Shown here: positions 30,721 through 39,684 of the stretch, piece by piece
Layout of the letters: each line of letters begins with the position of its first letter
Numbering within the stretch: the stretch's first letter is position 1
Assembly: GCA_034111325.1 (NCBI GenBank)
Contig: JAWUXM010000013.1
Location: forward strand, 1,687 to 65,686
DNA from: Rickettsiales bacterium
GTDB taxonomy: Bacteria; Pseudomonadota; Alphaproteobacteria; Rickettsiales; JABIRX01
DNA length: 64,000 nt
Direction: 5' to 3'
Notes under the pieces: generated by a model
Databases searched by the model: none
What the model saw: the letters and a program-made list of their open reading frames with translations, nothing else
What the model was told of the DNA's origin: nothing
Made by a program: the position numbers and the translations under genes

Positions 30721-30847
30721 GATCTAATTCTTTTGCGTTCTTTTTTAGTGAATGACCTTTATTCAATCGCTCGTGTACGAATATGCACACGGTCGCTCTT
30801 TCACACAGAACATTCACTAAAAATCATCACAAAATTTATTAGATTTT
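30721..30847 (+). repeat. PE-1 palindromic element directly after the ahcY stop codon
   Basis: GATCTAATTCTTTTGCGTTCTTTTTTAGTGAATGACC...AAAAATCATCACAAAATTTATTAGATTTT. Confidence 0.8.
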
Positions 30848-31037
30848 ACCATAGGGCGGACATTTGCAAAAAAACCCTCATATTTTTTCCCTTAGGGTAA
30901 GAAAAGCAAAAAATTAGGTTTTATCATAAGGAGAACACCCTCCATCATAACCGTGAAAAAGAGCCCTTAAAAATAAATTTGACCTATAAAAAACATTAAC
31001 AGATCCCACACTCTAAACTAACACAAACATCACTTAC

Positions 31038-31150
31038 CCCTTATTTCACAAAATACCCATAAAATGAAATAAGGGCGCTAAAAATAGCTTCTTATTTCAA
31101 AAAAATGCGTTACAATGAAATAAGGGCTGGTATATAGTAACGTTATTTCA
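31038..31150. promoter_or_regulatory. 2.5 tandem ~51-bp units, each an inverted repeat CTTATTTCA-N16-TGAAATAAG(GG); operator- or iteron-like array upstream of fic
   Basis: Half-sites are CCCTTATTTCA (31038-31048), TGAAATAAGGG (31065-31075), CTTATTTCA (31091-31099), TGAAATAAGGG (31116-31126) and TTATTTCA (31143-31150). Both full pairs have the same 16-bp spacing. Confidence 0.6.
31110..31138 (+). promoter_or_regulatory. Candidate sigma-70 promoter TTACAA-N17-TATAGT overlapping the fourth half-site
   Basis: Hexamers read at 31110-31115 and 31133-31138. The spacer consists of TGAAATAAGGGCTGGTA. Points toward fic (ATG 31271). Confidence 0.35.
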
Positions 31151-31180
31151 TTTTTCATGATAATTATGAATCACGCGTCA

Positions 31181-31255
31181 CCTGAATTTATTTCAGGGCC
31201 TCGTCAAAAAAGAGATATCACTCTATAATCAAAATGCTGAAATAAATTCAGCATT
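31181..31255. repeat. Two PE-3-type hairpins in the fic leader
   Basis: CCTGAATTTATTTCAGG (31181-31197) and AATGCTGAAATAAATTCAGCATT (31233-31255; 9-bp perfect stem ending 15 nt before the fic ATG). Confidence 0.55.
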
Positions 31256-31270
31256 ACAAATGAGGTATTT

Positions 31271-32413
31271 ATGACCAAAAGAATCACAGGCGAATATCAC
31301 AAATTAGGTGAGTTAAATGCATTTATTCCACATGCCTTGCCTCCGCGGGAACCCGAGTTTATTTTTAGCAAAAAAATTACTGAGATATACGGGCAGGCGA
31401 TGAATGCAATCGGTCAGCTGAATGAAATCGCTGATAGATTACTCAATAAAGAAAGATTCATCAAAGCATATTTGATTAAAGAATCCGTACTATCATCAGC
31501 TATTGAAGGCATTAACACAACAATTGCTGAAATTTTTACGCAGGAAATTTCTCATAATAAAAGCAATATAAGCAAACAAACGCAGCTTGTTTTGAATTAC
31601 AATAAGGCACTTGATCTTACATTAGATCTTATTCGAGAACAGAATTTCCCAATTACATCACGCACCTTACTGCACGCACATGCGATGCTACTTAGTGGTG
31701 GCGAAGGTGAGAAGTCGAATCCTGGGCAATATCGTAAACAACAAGTGTGCGTTGGTCAGTTCATTCCCCCAACTAGCGATAAAATCGAAAATCTAATCGC
31801 TGATTTAGAAAAATATATTAACACAGATGCTTCGCTACCACCACTAATTAAAGCTGGCCTTGCACATGTACAATTTGAAACTATTCACCCATTCCTCGAC
31901 GGCAATGGCAGAATCGGACGGCTACTAATTGTTTTGATGTTAATTGATAGCAAAGTCTTAACCAGTCCCGTCCTCTACCCTTCTGTCTATTTTAAAAAAT
32001 ATCACTCTGAATATTACATACGTTTAGATGCAGTAAGAACTGCCGGTGACTTCGAAGGTTGGATAGAGTTTTATTTAAATTGCGTATATCAGAGTGCAGC
32101 CGATGGCTACACCAGAGCAAAAGAAATAGAATCCTTGGAACAAGAAATTAAAGAACAGATTACTGAAGATAAAGAATTAGCGAATAATAAAAAACCATAT
32201 TACAAAGCCTTAAATATATTATTTCAAATGCCAATTATAAGCGTAACAGACCTGAAAGAAAAGTTGGAGGTTAGTTACAATACTGCAAATAAAATCATGC
32301 AAATTTTTGTTAAATTACAAATTTTAACTGAATCGGAAAACAAACAACGTAATAAATTATATAGCTTCTCTAAATATTTAGCGCTCTTAGACAAAGAGCT
32401 TGATTTATTATGA
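31271..32413 (+). CDS. Fic-family protein (canonical active site, intramolecular inhibitory motif, C-terminal wHTH-like domain)
   Basis: The Fic motif HPFLDGNGRIGR is intact. An N-terminal SSAIEG matches the [ST]xxxE[GN] inhibitory helix motif. The last ~70 aa (SYNTANKIMQIFVKLQILTE) look like a winged helix. Confidence 0.9.
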   Translation: MTKRITGEYHKLGELNAFIPHALPPREPEFIFSKKITEIYGQAMNAIGQLNEIADRLLNKERFIKAYLIKESVLSSAIEGINTTIAEIFTQEISHNKSNISKQTQLVLNYNKALDLTLDLIREQNFPITSRTLLHAHAMLLSGGEGEKSNPGQYRKQQVCVGQFIPPTSDKIENLIADLEKYINTDASLPPLIKAGLAHVQFETIHPFLDGNGRIGRLLIVLMLIDSKVLTSPVLYPSVYFKKYHSEYYIRLDAVRTAGDFEGWIEFYLNCVYQSAADGYTRAKEIESLEQEIKEQITEDKELANNKKPYYKALNILFQMPIISVTDLKEKLEVSYNTANKIMQIFVKLQILTESENKQRNKLYSFSKYLALLDKELDLL

Positions 32414-32519
32414 TGATAGTATCTCACAGTATTTTATGAACGCATAAGCACTCAAAAAAGTTGTAAAATATAACCTCCTGCCTATATTTACCGCGCAGTA
32501 TAAATTTATAAAAAGAATA

Positions 32520-35168
32520 ATGTTTGGAGTTTTAGCGAAGAAGTTTTTTGGCACAGTAAATGATCGCTTGATTAAGCAATATAACCCGATTGTTATACAA
32601 ATTAATGCGTTAGAAGATAGGATCGCTGCGCTTTCTGATGATGAGTTAAAAAATCAAACTTCCCTACTAAAAGCACAGATCAAAGAAGGCAAAAGCCTAG
32701 ATGACATCTTACCAGAAGCATTTGCAACTTGCCGTGAAGTGTCCAAACGTGTCCTCGGCATGCGTCATTTTGACGTACAATTGGTCGGTGGTCTAGCTCT
32801 ACATAACGGCATGATCGCCGAGATGAAAACTGGTGAAGGAAAAACTCTCGTCTCAACCTTAGCCGTTTACCTAAATGCCCTAACTGAAAAAGGCGTACAT
32901 ATCGTCACAGTAAATGATTATCTGGCAAAAAGAGATTCTGAATGGATGGGGACAATCTACCGTTTTCTTGGTCTTTCTGTTGGCTGTATAACTGGTGATA
33001 TCCTCCCTATGGATCGCAAAGAAGCATACGCTTGCGACATAACTTACGGTACAAATAACGAATTTGGTTTTGATTATTTACGTGATAATTTGAAATATTC
33101 TTTTGATGAATTAACTCAAAGAGAGCCTAATTTTGCAGTTATTGACGAGGTGGATTCAATCTTAATCGATGAAGCGCGTACACCTTTAATCATCTCAGGC
33201 CCAACTGAAGATAGCTCTGAGCTTTATTTAAAAATCAACAAACTTATTCCTGAACTCACACCGGATGAATATGAAATTGATGAGAAATCTAAAACTGCAA
33301 CTTTTAACGATCAAGGAATAGAAAAAGTTGAAGTTTTATTGAGCAAAGCAGGTCTATTCAAAGAAGGTGCAAACCTATATGATGTTGAAAATATCTCACT
33401 TGTTCACCATTTAAACCAAGCTTTGCGGGCGCATCTATTATTCAAAAAAGATGTCGATTACATCGTCAAAAAGAATGAAGTTCTAATTATTGATGAATTC
33501 ACTGGCCGAATGATGGAAGGTCGGCGTTATTCTGAAGGCCTACATCAAGCATTGGAAGCAAAAGAAAAAGTTGCGATTCAAACAGAGAATCAAACCATTG
33601 CTTCTGTAACATTTCAAAACTACTTCCGCCTCTACCCGAAACTATCTGGTATGACGGGAACGGCCATGACTGAAGCTGCAGAATTTAAAAGCATCTATGA
33701 CCTTGATGTGCTAGCTATCCCAACTAATCGCCCAGTAAGCCGTAAGGATGACGATGATGTAATTTACAAAAATGCTCATGATAAACATGATGCAATCATA
33801 GTGCAAATTAAAGAATGTTATGAACGCAAACAGCCAGTTTTGGTCGGAACTGTTAGCATCGAAAAATCCGAGCTTTTAGCAAAAATGCTACGTAAGGAGA
33901 AAATTCCACACAACATTCTCAACGCAAAGCATCATTTAAAGGAAGCAACGATTATCTCCCAAGCAGGAAGCCCAGCGGCTGTCACAATCGCCACGAATAT
34001 GGCAGGACGTGGAACTGATATAAAATTAGGTGGTAATGAAGAAATTCTCATTGATGAAGCAAAAGAGAAAATCAAGGATGAAGAAAAATTAGCAAAGGAA
34101 ATCGCCGCAATTGAAGCACGAATAGCAGTAGCTAAAGAGATCGTTATCAAAGCTGGAGGGCTTTATGTTTTAGGAACGGAACGTCATGAATCACGCAGGA
34201 TTGATAATCAATTACGTGGTAGGTCAGGTAGACAAGGTGATGCTGGTGCATCAAAATTCTTCTTATCACTAGAGGATGATTTAATGCGTATATTCGGTTC
34301 AGACCGTATCAAGGGCATGTTAGAAAAATTAGGATTTAAAGACGGTGAAGCAATTCATCACCCATGGATTAGCCGTGCACTTGAAAAAGCCCAACAAAAA
34401 GTTGAAGCGAATAATTTTGAAATACGTAAAAACTTGCTCAAATATGATGATGTGATGAATGAGCAACGCAAAGTAATTTACAGCCAACGTAAGGATATTT
34501 TAAAAGCCGACAATGTTTCCGTTACGATTGAAGAAATGCGGGGTGAAATTAATAAAAGCTTAATCCATAAAAATATCCCCCAAAAATCCATGACTGAAAT
34601 GTGGGATCTTGAAACATTAGAAAAAGAAATTTTTCATTTGTATGGGTTGGATTTGGACGTGCAAAATATTGCTGAGCAAGATGGCGCTAATGAGAAACTA
34701 ATGTTAGCAAAAATCAATGGCGCAACTGAAGAATTATTCAACGCAAAAGAACAAAAATATGGGCGCGAAACCATTGATATGATGGAAAAGAACATTTTTC
34801 TTATGACTCTTGATTCCCTTTGGAAAGACCACCTAAATGCCCTTGATCACTTAAAAACTGGTATAAATTTAAGAGCTTACGGTCAGAAAGATCCGCTCAA
34901 TGAATATAAACATGAAGCATTTGCTATGTTTGATCAAATGTTTGATTTACTGCGTGAGAAAACCATTCGTCGTTTGGTACATGCAGAATTAAGTGATGAA
35001 TCTCAACAGCATTTAGCACTCGATAATTTGGCAAAGAAAAATGACAATTTAACAGAAAATCACCCCGAGTTAAATGACAAACCGTTAATAAATAAAATTG
35101 GTCGAAATGAACATTGCCCTTGTAATAGTGGGAAGAAGTTTAAACATTGCCACGGGCGGATAAATTGA
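32520..35168 (+). CDS. secA: Preprotein translocase ATPase SecA
   Basis: 882 aa. Walker A MKTGEGKT, DEAD-like DEVDS, and the C-terminal zinc motif CPCNSGKKFKHCHG. Confidence 0.97.
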   Translation: MFGVLAKKFFGTVNDRLIKQYNPIVIQINALEDRIAALSDDELKNQTSLLKAQIKEGKSLDDILPEAFATCREVSKRVLGMRHFDVQLVGGLALHNGMIAEMKTGEGKTLVSTLAVYLNALTEKGVHIVTVNDYLAKRDSEWMGTIYRFLGLSVGCITGDILPMDRKEAYACDITYGTNNEFGFDYLRDNLKYSFDELTQREPNFAVIDEVDSILIDEARTPLIISGPTEDSSELYLKINKLIPELTPDEYEIDEKSKTATFNDQGIEKVEVLLSKAGLFKEGANLYDVENISLVHHLNQALRAHLLFKKDVDYIVKKNEVLIIDEFTGRMMEGRRYSEGLHQALEAKEKVAIQTENQTIASVTFQNYFRLYPKLSGMTGTAMTEAAEFKSIYDLDVLAIPTNRPVSRKDDDDVIYKNAHDKHDAIIVQIKECYERKQPVLVGTVSIEKSELLAKMLRKEKIPHNILNAKHHLKEATIISQAGSPAAVTIATNMAGRGTDIKLGGNEEILIDEAKEKIKDEEKLAKEIAAIEARIAVAKEIVIKAGGLYVLGTERHESRRIDNQLRGRSGRQGDAGASKFFLSLEDDLMRIFGSDRIKGMLEKLGFKDGEAIHHPWISRALEKAQQKVEANNFEIRKNLLKYDDVMNEQRKVIYSQRKDILKADNVSVTIEEMRGEINKSLIHKNIPQKSMTEMWDLETLEKEIFHLYGLDLDVQNIAEQDGANEKLMLAKINGATEELFNAKEQKYGRETIDMMEKNIFLMTLDSLWKDHLNALDHLKTGINLRAYGQKDPLNEYKHEAFAMFDQMFDLLREKTIRRLVHAELSDESQQHLALDNLAKKNDNLTENHPELNDKPLINKIGRNEHCPCNSGKKFKHCHGRIN

Positions 35169-35226
35169 CGCCCAGTATGGCGTCATCCCGGAAATTTTAT
35201 TATGCATTAGCAGAGAAAGGTGATCT

Positions 35227-36018
35227 ATGAACAAATTAAACGAAATCTTTGCATATAAAAAAGATTTAGTAGAAAAACAGAAAACAAAAATTTCTGAGCA
35301 CGCTTTACAGGAGCTAATTCATGATGCTGAGCATCCGCGCGGTTTTGCCGATGCAATTGAACGCAAAACTCTTAATCAACAAACTGCAATTATTGCAGAA
35401 ATCAAAAAAGCCTCACCATCTAAAGGTATTATCAGGACAGATTTTGACATAGTAGATATCGCCAGCGCCTATGCACATGGCGGTGCAACTTGCCTTTCTA
35501 TTCTTACTGATGAGAAATACTTCCAAGGAGATAATGATTATATCAACATGGCAAAACAACATGCAACTTTGCCTGCTTTACGCAAGGATTTTATCTTCGA
35601 CCCTTATCAAGTAATTGAATCGCGCGCAATCGGCGCAGATGCGATTTTGCTTATCATGGCATATTTAAGCGATGCGCAAGCAGCAGAACTCGAAGCGCTA
35701 GCTATCGAACTTGGCATGGATGTTTTGGTTGAATCACATAATGAGGAAGAATTAAAGCGTGCTTTGCAGTTACAAACAAAACTCATCGGTATAAATAATC
35801 GTGATCTTAAAACCTTAGAAGTAGATATTAATACGAGCAAAATCTTGGCTAAAAATATCCCTACTGACAAAATCATTATTTGTGAAAGTGGTATCGAAAA
35901 CGCCGCACAAATTAAAGAGTTTAATGCTCTTGGCATCTACGCTTTCTTAATCGGCGAAACCTTCATGAAAGCAGATGTTATTGAAGCAGCGGTGAAGGAG
36001 CTCTGCCATAATTCATAA
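35227..36018 (+). CDS. trpC: Indole-3-glycerol phosphate synthase
   Basis: IAEIKKASPSKG, LSILTDEKYFQG, LRKDFI and the INNRDLKT motif. Confidence 0.93.
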   Translation: MNKLNEIFAYKKDLVEKQKTKISEHALQELIHDAEHPRGFADAIERKTLNQQTAIIAEIKKASPSKGIIRTDFDIVDIASAYAHGGATCLSILTDEKYFQGDNDYINMAKQHATLPALRKDFIFDPYQVIESRAIGADAILLIMAYLSDAQAAELEALAIELGMDVLVESHNEEELKRALQLQTKLIGINNRDLKTLEVDINTSKILAKNIPTDKIIICESGIENAAQIKEFNALGIYAFLIGETFMKADVIEAAVKELCHNS

Positions 36019-36256
36019 TATCAGCTCCTATCTCTGAACTGTATTACCTTCACTCTTAATCATTTGCTGCAATTAGTTAGCAAATCTCAGTCTACTCAAA
36101 CACCATTTTGTATCAAAACTAATAATAGTAACAATAGGTCCATCCTCCTATACTGCTCCCATTAAGCATAGCAAAATGAGTATTTTTGCCTGTAGTCAAC
36201 AATAATCATGATATTTTTACCTAAGGGCAATAATACTCACATATTGTAAAAAGAAC

Positions 36257-36389
36257 AGATTTTGAAAATCTGAGGAATTTTGTGATGATTTTTTGCGAAT
36301 GTCCTTTGACATTGCAGTGACGTGTAGTTTACCTACGCGAGCAAAATGGAAAAGGTTATTTGTAAAAAAGCGCGCAAAAGAACCAGATT
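36257..36389 (-). repeat. PE-1 palindromic element, inverted copy, directly after the stop codon of the minus-strand symporter gene
   Basis: The reverse complement reads AATCTGGTTCTTTTGCGCGCTTTTTTACAAATAACC...AAAAAATCATCACAAAATTCCTCAGATTT. Confidence 0.8.
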
Positions 36390-37640
36390 TTAAGAGGTTT
36401 TGTTGAAAGTTTTTTTATCTAAAGCCCCCTCCAAACTATCAATAGCCACTGAAACGGCAAGGTCACCTGTGACATTAACTGTGGTTCTGACCATGTCTAA
36501 TAAACGATCAACGCCAGCGATGATCGCTATTGCTTCTATCGGCAGACCAATTGAGGCAAAAACCATTGACATCATAATCAATGCAACACCGGGAACCCCA
36601 GCTGAGCCAATTGAGGCTAATGTTGCAGTCATCACCACTTTAACATAATCCATCATGCTTAAATCCATCCCGATCAAATTCGCCACAAAAACTGTGGTTA
36701 TACCGAGGTAGATCGCCGTGCCGTCCATGTTGATGGTGGAACCAAGCGGTAAAACAAAATTCGCCGTACCGCGTGAAACACCAAGCTTTTTCTGCGCAAC
36801 TTCCATAGTAACAGGAAGCGTTGCTGAGCTGCTCGATGTTGAGAAAGCTAGAACTTGCGCATCAATAATCTGCCTGAAAAACTGTAACGGATTCAAACGG
36901 GCAAAACCGACAATCATCAATGAGTAAACCACTGTTGCATGAAGCACACAGGCGGCAAATACTACGATTACGACTTTTGTTAGCGATTTTAAAATCTCTG
37001 CATCTTGTGTCCCCACAACCCAACCAATCAATGCAAAAACACCAAAAGGTGCAAATTTCATAACAATTGAAGTCAGAGAATAAACCACTTCTGCAATATC
37101 AACTAGAGTTTTAGAAATACGCTCACCTCTTTTGCCGCTGATATTTACGGCTGTACCAAAAAACAAAGCAAAAACAATGATTTGCAAGACATTACCTTCC
37201 GACATTGCCTTAATCGGATTCGTCGGCACAAGCGCAACCAACATCTCAGAAACGCTGATTGGTCCTGTCTCAACAGGTTTTACCACTTTACCGAATAAAT
37301 CAGGGTTATGCACTGATGCTGCAGGGTTAAAGACATGCGCTAGAACCAAACCAATCACGATTGCCAAAGCAGTGGAAATTAAATATAGAGCAATTGTCCG
37401 CGCACTAATTCTCGCCAAAGAATGATTTTGCTCCATTGAAGCAATAGATGACGAGATCGAGAAAAAGATCAGCGGCACAACTATCATTTTGATCATGTTA
37501 ATGAATAAATCTCCCACTGGCTTGGCAATAATTGCATGTTCACCAACCACAAAACCAAAAACCGCACCCAAAACCATGCCTAACATTATTTGTTGCCATA
37601 GTTTAAGTTTTGCTAATAAGCGGAGCGGGTTCAGGGACAT
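36390..37640 (-). CDS. Dicarboxylate/amino acid:cation symporter (DAACS family)
   Basis: 416-aa polytopic protein with DAACS signatures (FFSISSSIA, SSSATLP, TINMDGTA, VDRLLDMVRTTVNVTGD). Confidence 0.88.
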   Translation of the reverse strand: MSLNPLRLLAKLKLWQQIMLGMVLGAVFGFVVGEHAIIAKPVGDLFINMIKMIVVPLIFFSISSSIASMEQNHSLARISARTIALYLISTALAIVIGLVLAHVFNPAASVHNPDLFGKVVKPVETGPISVSEMLVALVPTNPIKAMSEGNVLQIIVFALFFGTAVNISGKRGERISKTLVDIAEVVYSLTSIVMKFAPFGVFALIGWVVGTQDAEILKSLTKVVIVVFAACVLHATVVYSLMIVGFARLNPLQFFRQIIDAQVLAFSTSSSSATLPVTMEVAQKKLGVSRGTANFVLPLGSTINMDGTAIYLGITTVFVANLIGMDLSMMDYVKVVMTATLASIGSAGVPGVALIMMSMVFASIGLPIEAIAIIAGVDRLLDMVRTTVNVTGDLAVSVAIDSLEGALDKKTFNKTS

Positions 37641-37699
37641 GATGATTATTTGAAATAATTAATGAGTACGAGCTTCTGTCTACAACTATAAGACTTATT

Positions 37700-38650
37700 T
37701 CACAAAAGGTTTTTAATTTCTTTTAACGTATAACGCTGAGCTTTTAAAGTTTTGATTTTACGAGCAATTTCCAGCTCAACAGTAGAAAATAGCTGATAGC
37801 CATTTTCCGTAGTTTGTGCCGCTGTGATTAAACCTTCCTTTAACCAATAACGAATTGTCGAAATTGCCTCGCCAACTTCTGTGGCAAATTCCGCCATTTT
37901 GAACAAGGTTTCTTTTTGTGACAAAGATTCGCTCAAATTATCAATATATAAATCAAGTGATTTCTCTAACATATTTGCGATTAAAATTTGATAGTCGCCA
38001 ATCGCTCCGCCAAACTGATATTTGGCCACCGCTGCATCATATTCCCCTTGCTGATTTTGCTTGATAATCACTGGTGGATAACCCCCAGTAAGCAATATCA
38101 AATTCTGCACAAGCCTTGCGACTAGATGATTATCTTCAGCAAATGGCATGATAGAAAGTAAGCGACAATGCGCCTCGGATGCAAGCTCTACGGTCTCCAA
38201 TTCCCTAGCACTTTTTAGCCATGTACAAAATTCAAAAAGCAAATGCGGTATTTGCTCAGACTCTGGAAAAACAATCGGGGAATCAGTAATTTGTAACGGA
38301 AAGCCACGATAACCAACCTTGCCGCCATGATTTACTAATTGCTGAATTTGCAAAAGATTTGCCTCGCTAAAACTGGCTAATGGCTGCATAGCTAATTTCT
38401 GCACATAGCTAAAAGCTGCAATATGGCTGGTAATTGCGAGATGTTCCGTAATTGACTTGCCACCAATCGCTAAATTCTGCTGAAAAATCAATTTCACCTG
38501 CTGATATGTAAAGCTTCCACCTTCGAGCGCAACACTATTATAGGCAAAATCAATCGTCATTTTCTCCGCCAGCCTTTCCCTCACCGCCTTTGGAAAAGGA
38601 CGCAGCGCATCTAACTCCTGCTTCTTTTTTATTATATTTTCATAGCTCAT
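37700..38650 (-). CDS. Fic-fold protein with degenerate active-site motif fused to a C-terminal MerR-type HTH
   Basis: Fic-like scaffold with NSVALEG (a [ST]xxxE[GN] match), and MPFAEDNHLVARLVQNLILLTGGYPP in place of HPFxDGNGRxxRLL.N..L...GYPP. The C-terminus FKMAEFATEVGEAISTIRYWLKEGLI....NGYQLFS..EL.....IK.LK...YTLKEIK is MerR-like. Confidence 0.7.
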   Translation of the reverse strand: MSYENIIKKKQELDALRPFPKAVRERLAEKMTIDFAYNSVALEGGSFTYQQVKLIFQQNLAIGGKSITEHLAITSHIAAFSYVQKLAMQPLASFSEANLLQIQQLVNHGGKVGYRGFPLQITDSPIVFPESEQIPHLLFEFCTWLKSARELETVELASEAHCRLLSIMPFAEDNHLVARLVQNLILLTGGYPPVIIKQNQQGEYDAAVAKYQFGGAIGDYQILIANMLEKSLDLYIDNLSESLSQKETLFKMAEFATEVGEAISTIRYWLKEGLITAAQTTENGYQLFSTVELEIARKIKTLKAQRYTLKEIKNLL

Positions 38651-38739
38651 CTATTAACCCTAAACTATCACTTTATACTTTACAATTTAAATTAGTGTTT
38701 TTGAATGATTTCTAATTTATACTAAATATCACTGAGGGC

Positions 38740-39603
38740 TTATTTGCGATGAATTTGAAAATCGTAATTCTCCCGAACTTTTAGGAAACTTGCAAAACGT
38801 GGCTTGTTGTTTTTGGTTTTGCCATAATGTTTATAGCTAATAATACTGCCGATCTTTGGCGGTTTTTGACGCTGCTCAACTGTAAATCCGCCACCAATTT
38901 TAAAGTTAATCCCCTCTTCATTTTCAACCATTAGAGAACCCATCATCCCTTGATATTTGCCTTTTCCTGCGACATAAGCCAAAACCCTCGCTTCCGCATC
39001 ATCGTAAGTTTTTAGTTTAAGAATATCATCATTACGTACCGCCTGATAAAGTGAGTCTTTGCGATGCAACATAAGCCCTTCGCCGCCCTTTTTGACGATA
39101 TCATTTAGATCTTTCATTAAGATTTTGTGGCTCGCAACTGTTTTTTGTTCAATCACCAATAAATATGGCGAATTCACCTCCTTTGCTATTTTTTGCATCG
39201 CAGCAAGCCTTTGCGCAAAGGATCCTGAATGTTGCGGCATATCAAAAAGCATCCAATGTACTTTGCGCCAACCTTCACTCGCAGCCTTCCGCCTTACAAT
39301 ACCCGATACTTCAGCGAATTTACCACGCCCAATCCACAACTCCCCCTCTAAATGTTCAGCGGGGAAATTTGCAACAAACCAGTCTGGCGCATTAAAAACA
39401 TTACCCCCTTTCGAAAGCAGATGTTTACCGTCCCAATAAGCACGCACGCCATCAAGTTTTTCGCTAACTAGATATTTTTGCAAATCAATTCCTTGATGAT
39501 AGATATTAGCCAACTGAATCGCTGGCGCCGACTGCTTAGCCGCAATAGCAGAAAAGCTGTGCGATATAAGGAGCAGTAACAAAGAAATCCGGAATTTTAA
39601 CAT
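38740..39603 (-). CDS. Minimal ATP-dependent DNA ligase with N-terminal signal peptide (Lig E-type)
   Basis: Signal-like N-terminus (LLLLLISHSFSAIAA). Nucleotidyltransferase motifs: I SEKLDGVRAY, III LEGELW, IV GGEGLMLH, V ILKLK, followed by an OB domain. At 287 aa it matches the Haemophilus/Neisseria-type small ligase architecture. Confidence 0.85.
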   Translation of the reverse strand: MLKFRISLLLLLISHSFSAIAAKQSAPAIQLANIYHQGIDLQKYLVSEKLDGVRAYWDGKHLLSKGGNVFNAPDWFVANFPAEHLEGELWIGRGKFAEVSGIVRRKAASEGWRKVHWMLFDMPQHSGSFAQRLAAMQKIAKEVNSPYLLVIEQKTVASHKILMKDLNDIVKKGGEGLMLHRKDSLYQAVRNDDILKLKTYDDAEARVLAYVAGKGKYQGMMGSLMVENEEGINFKIGGGFTVEQRQKPPKIGSIISYKHYGKTKNNKPRFASFLKVRENYDFQIHRK

Positions 39604-39684
39604 TTTATATTGAAATAAGCATTATTAACCACTATTACAACCTATGCTATAACAGCATTTTATTAATTTTTATTAAAAAGAACT

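Noticed and set aside
39611-39619. Extra copy of the fic-leader half-site TGAAATAAG in the ligase/yegP divergent region, considered as evidence of a shared regulon.
   Set aside because: A single AT-rich 9-mer is expected about once by chance in 64 kb of this composition on two strands. It is mentioned only as a lead and not counted as a site.
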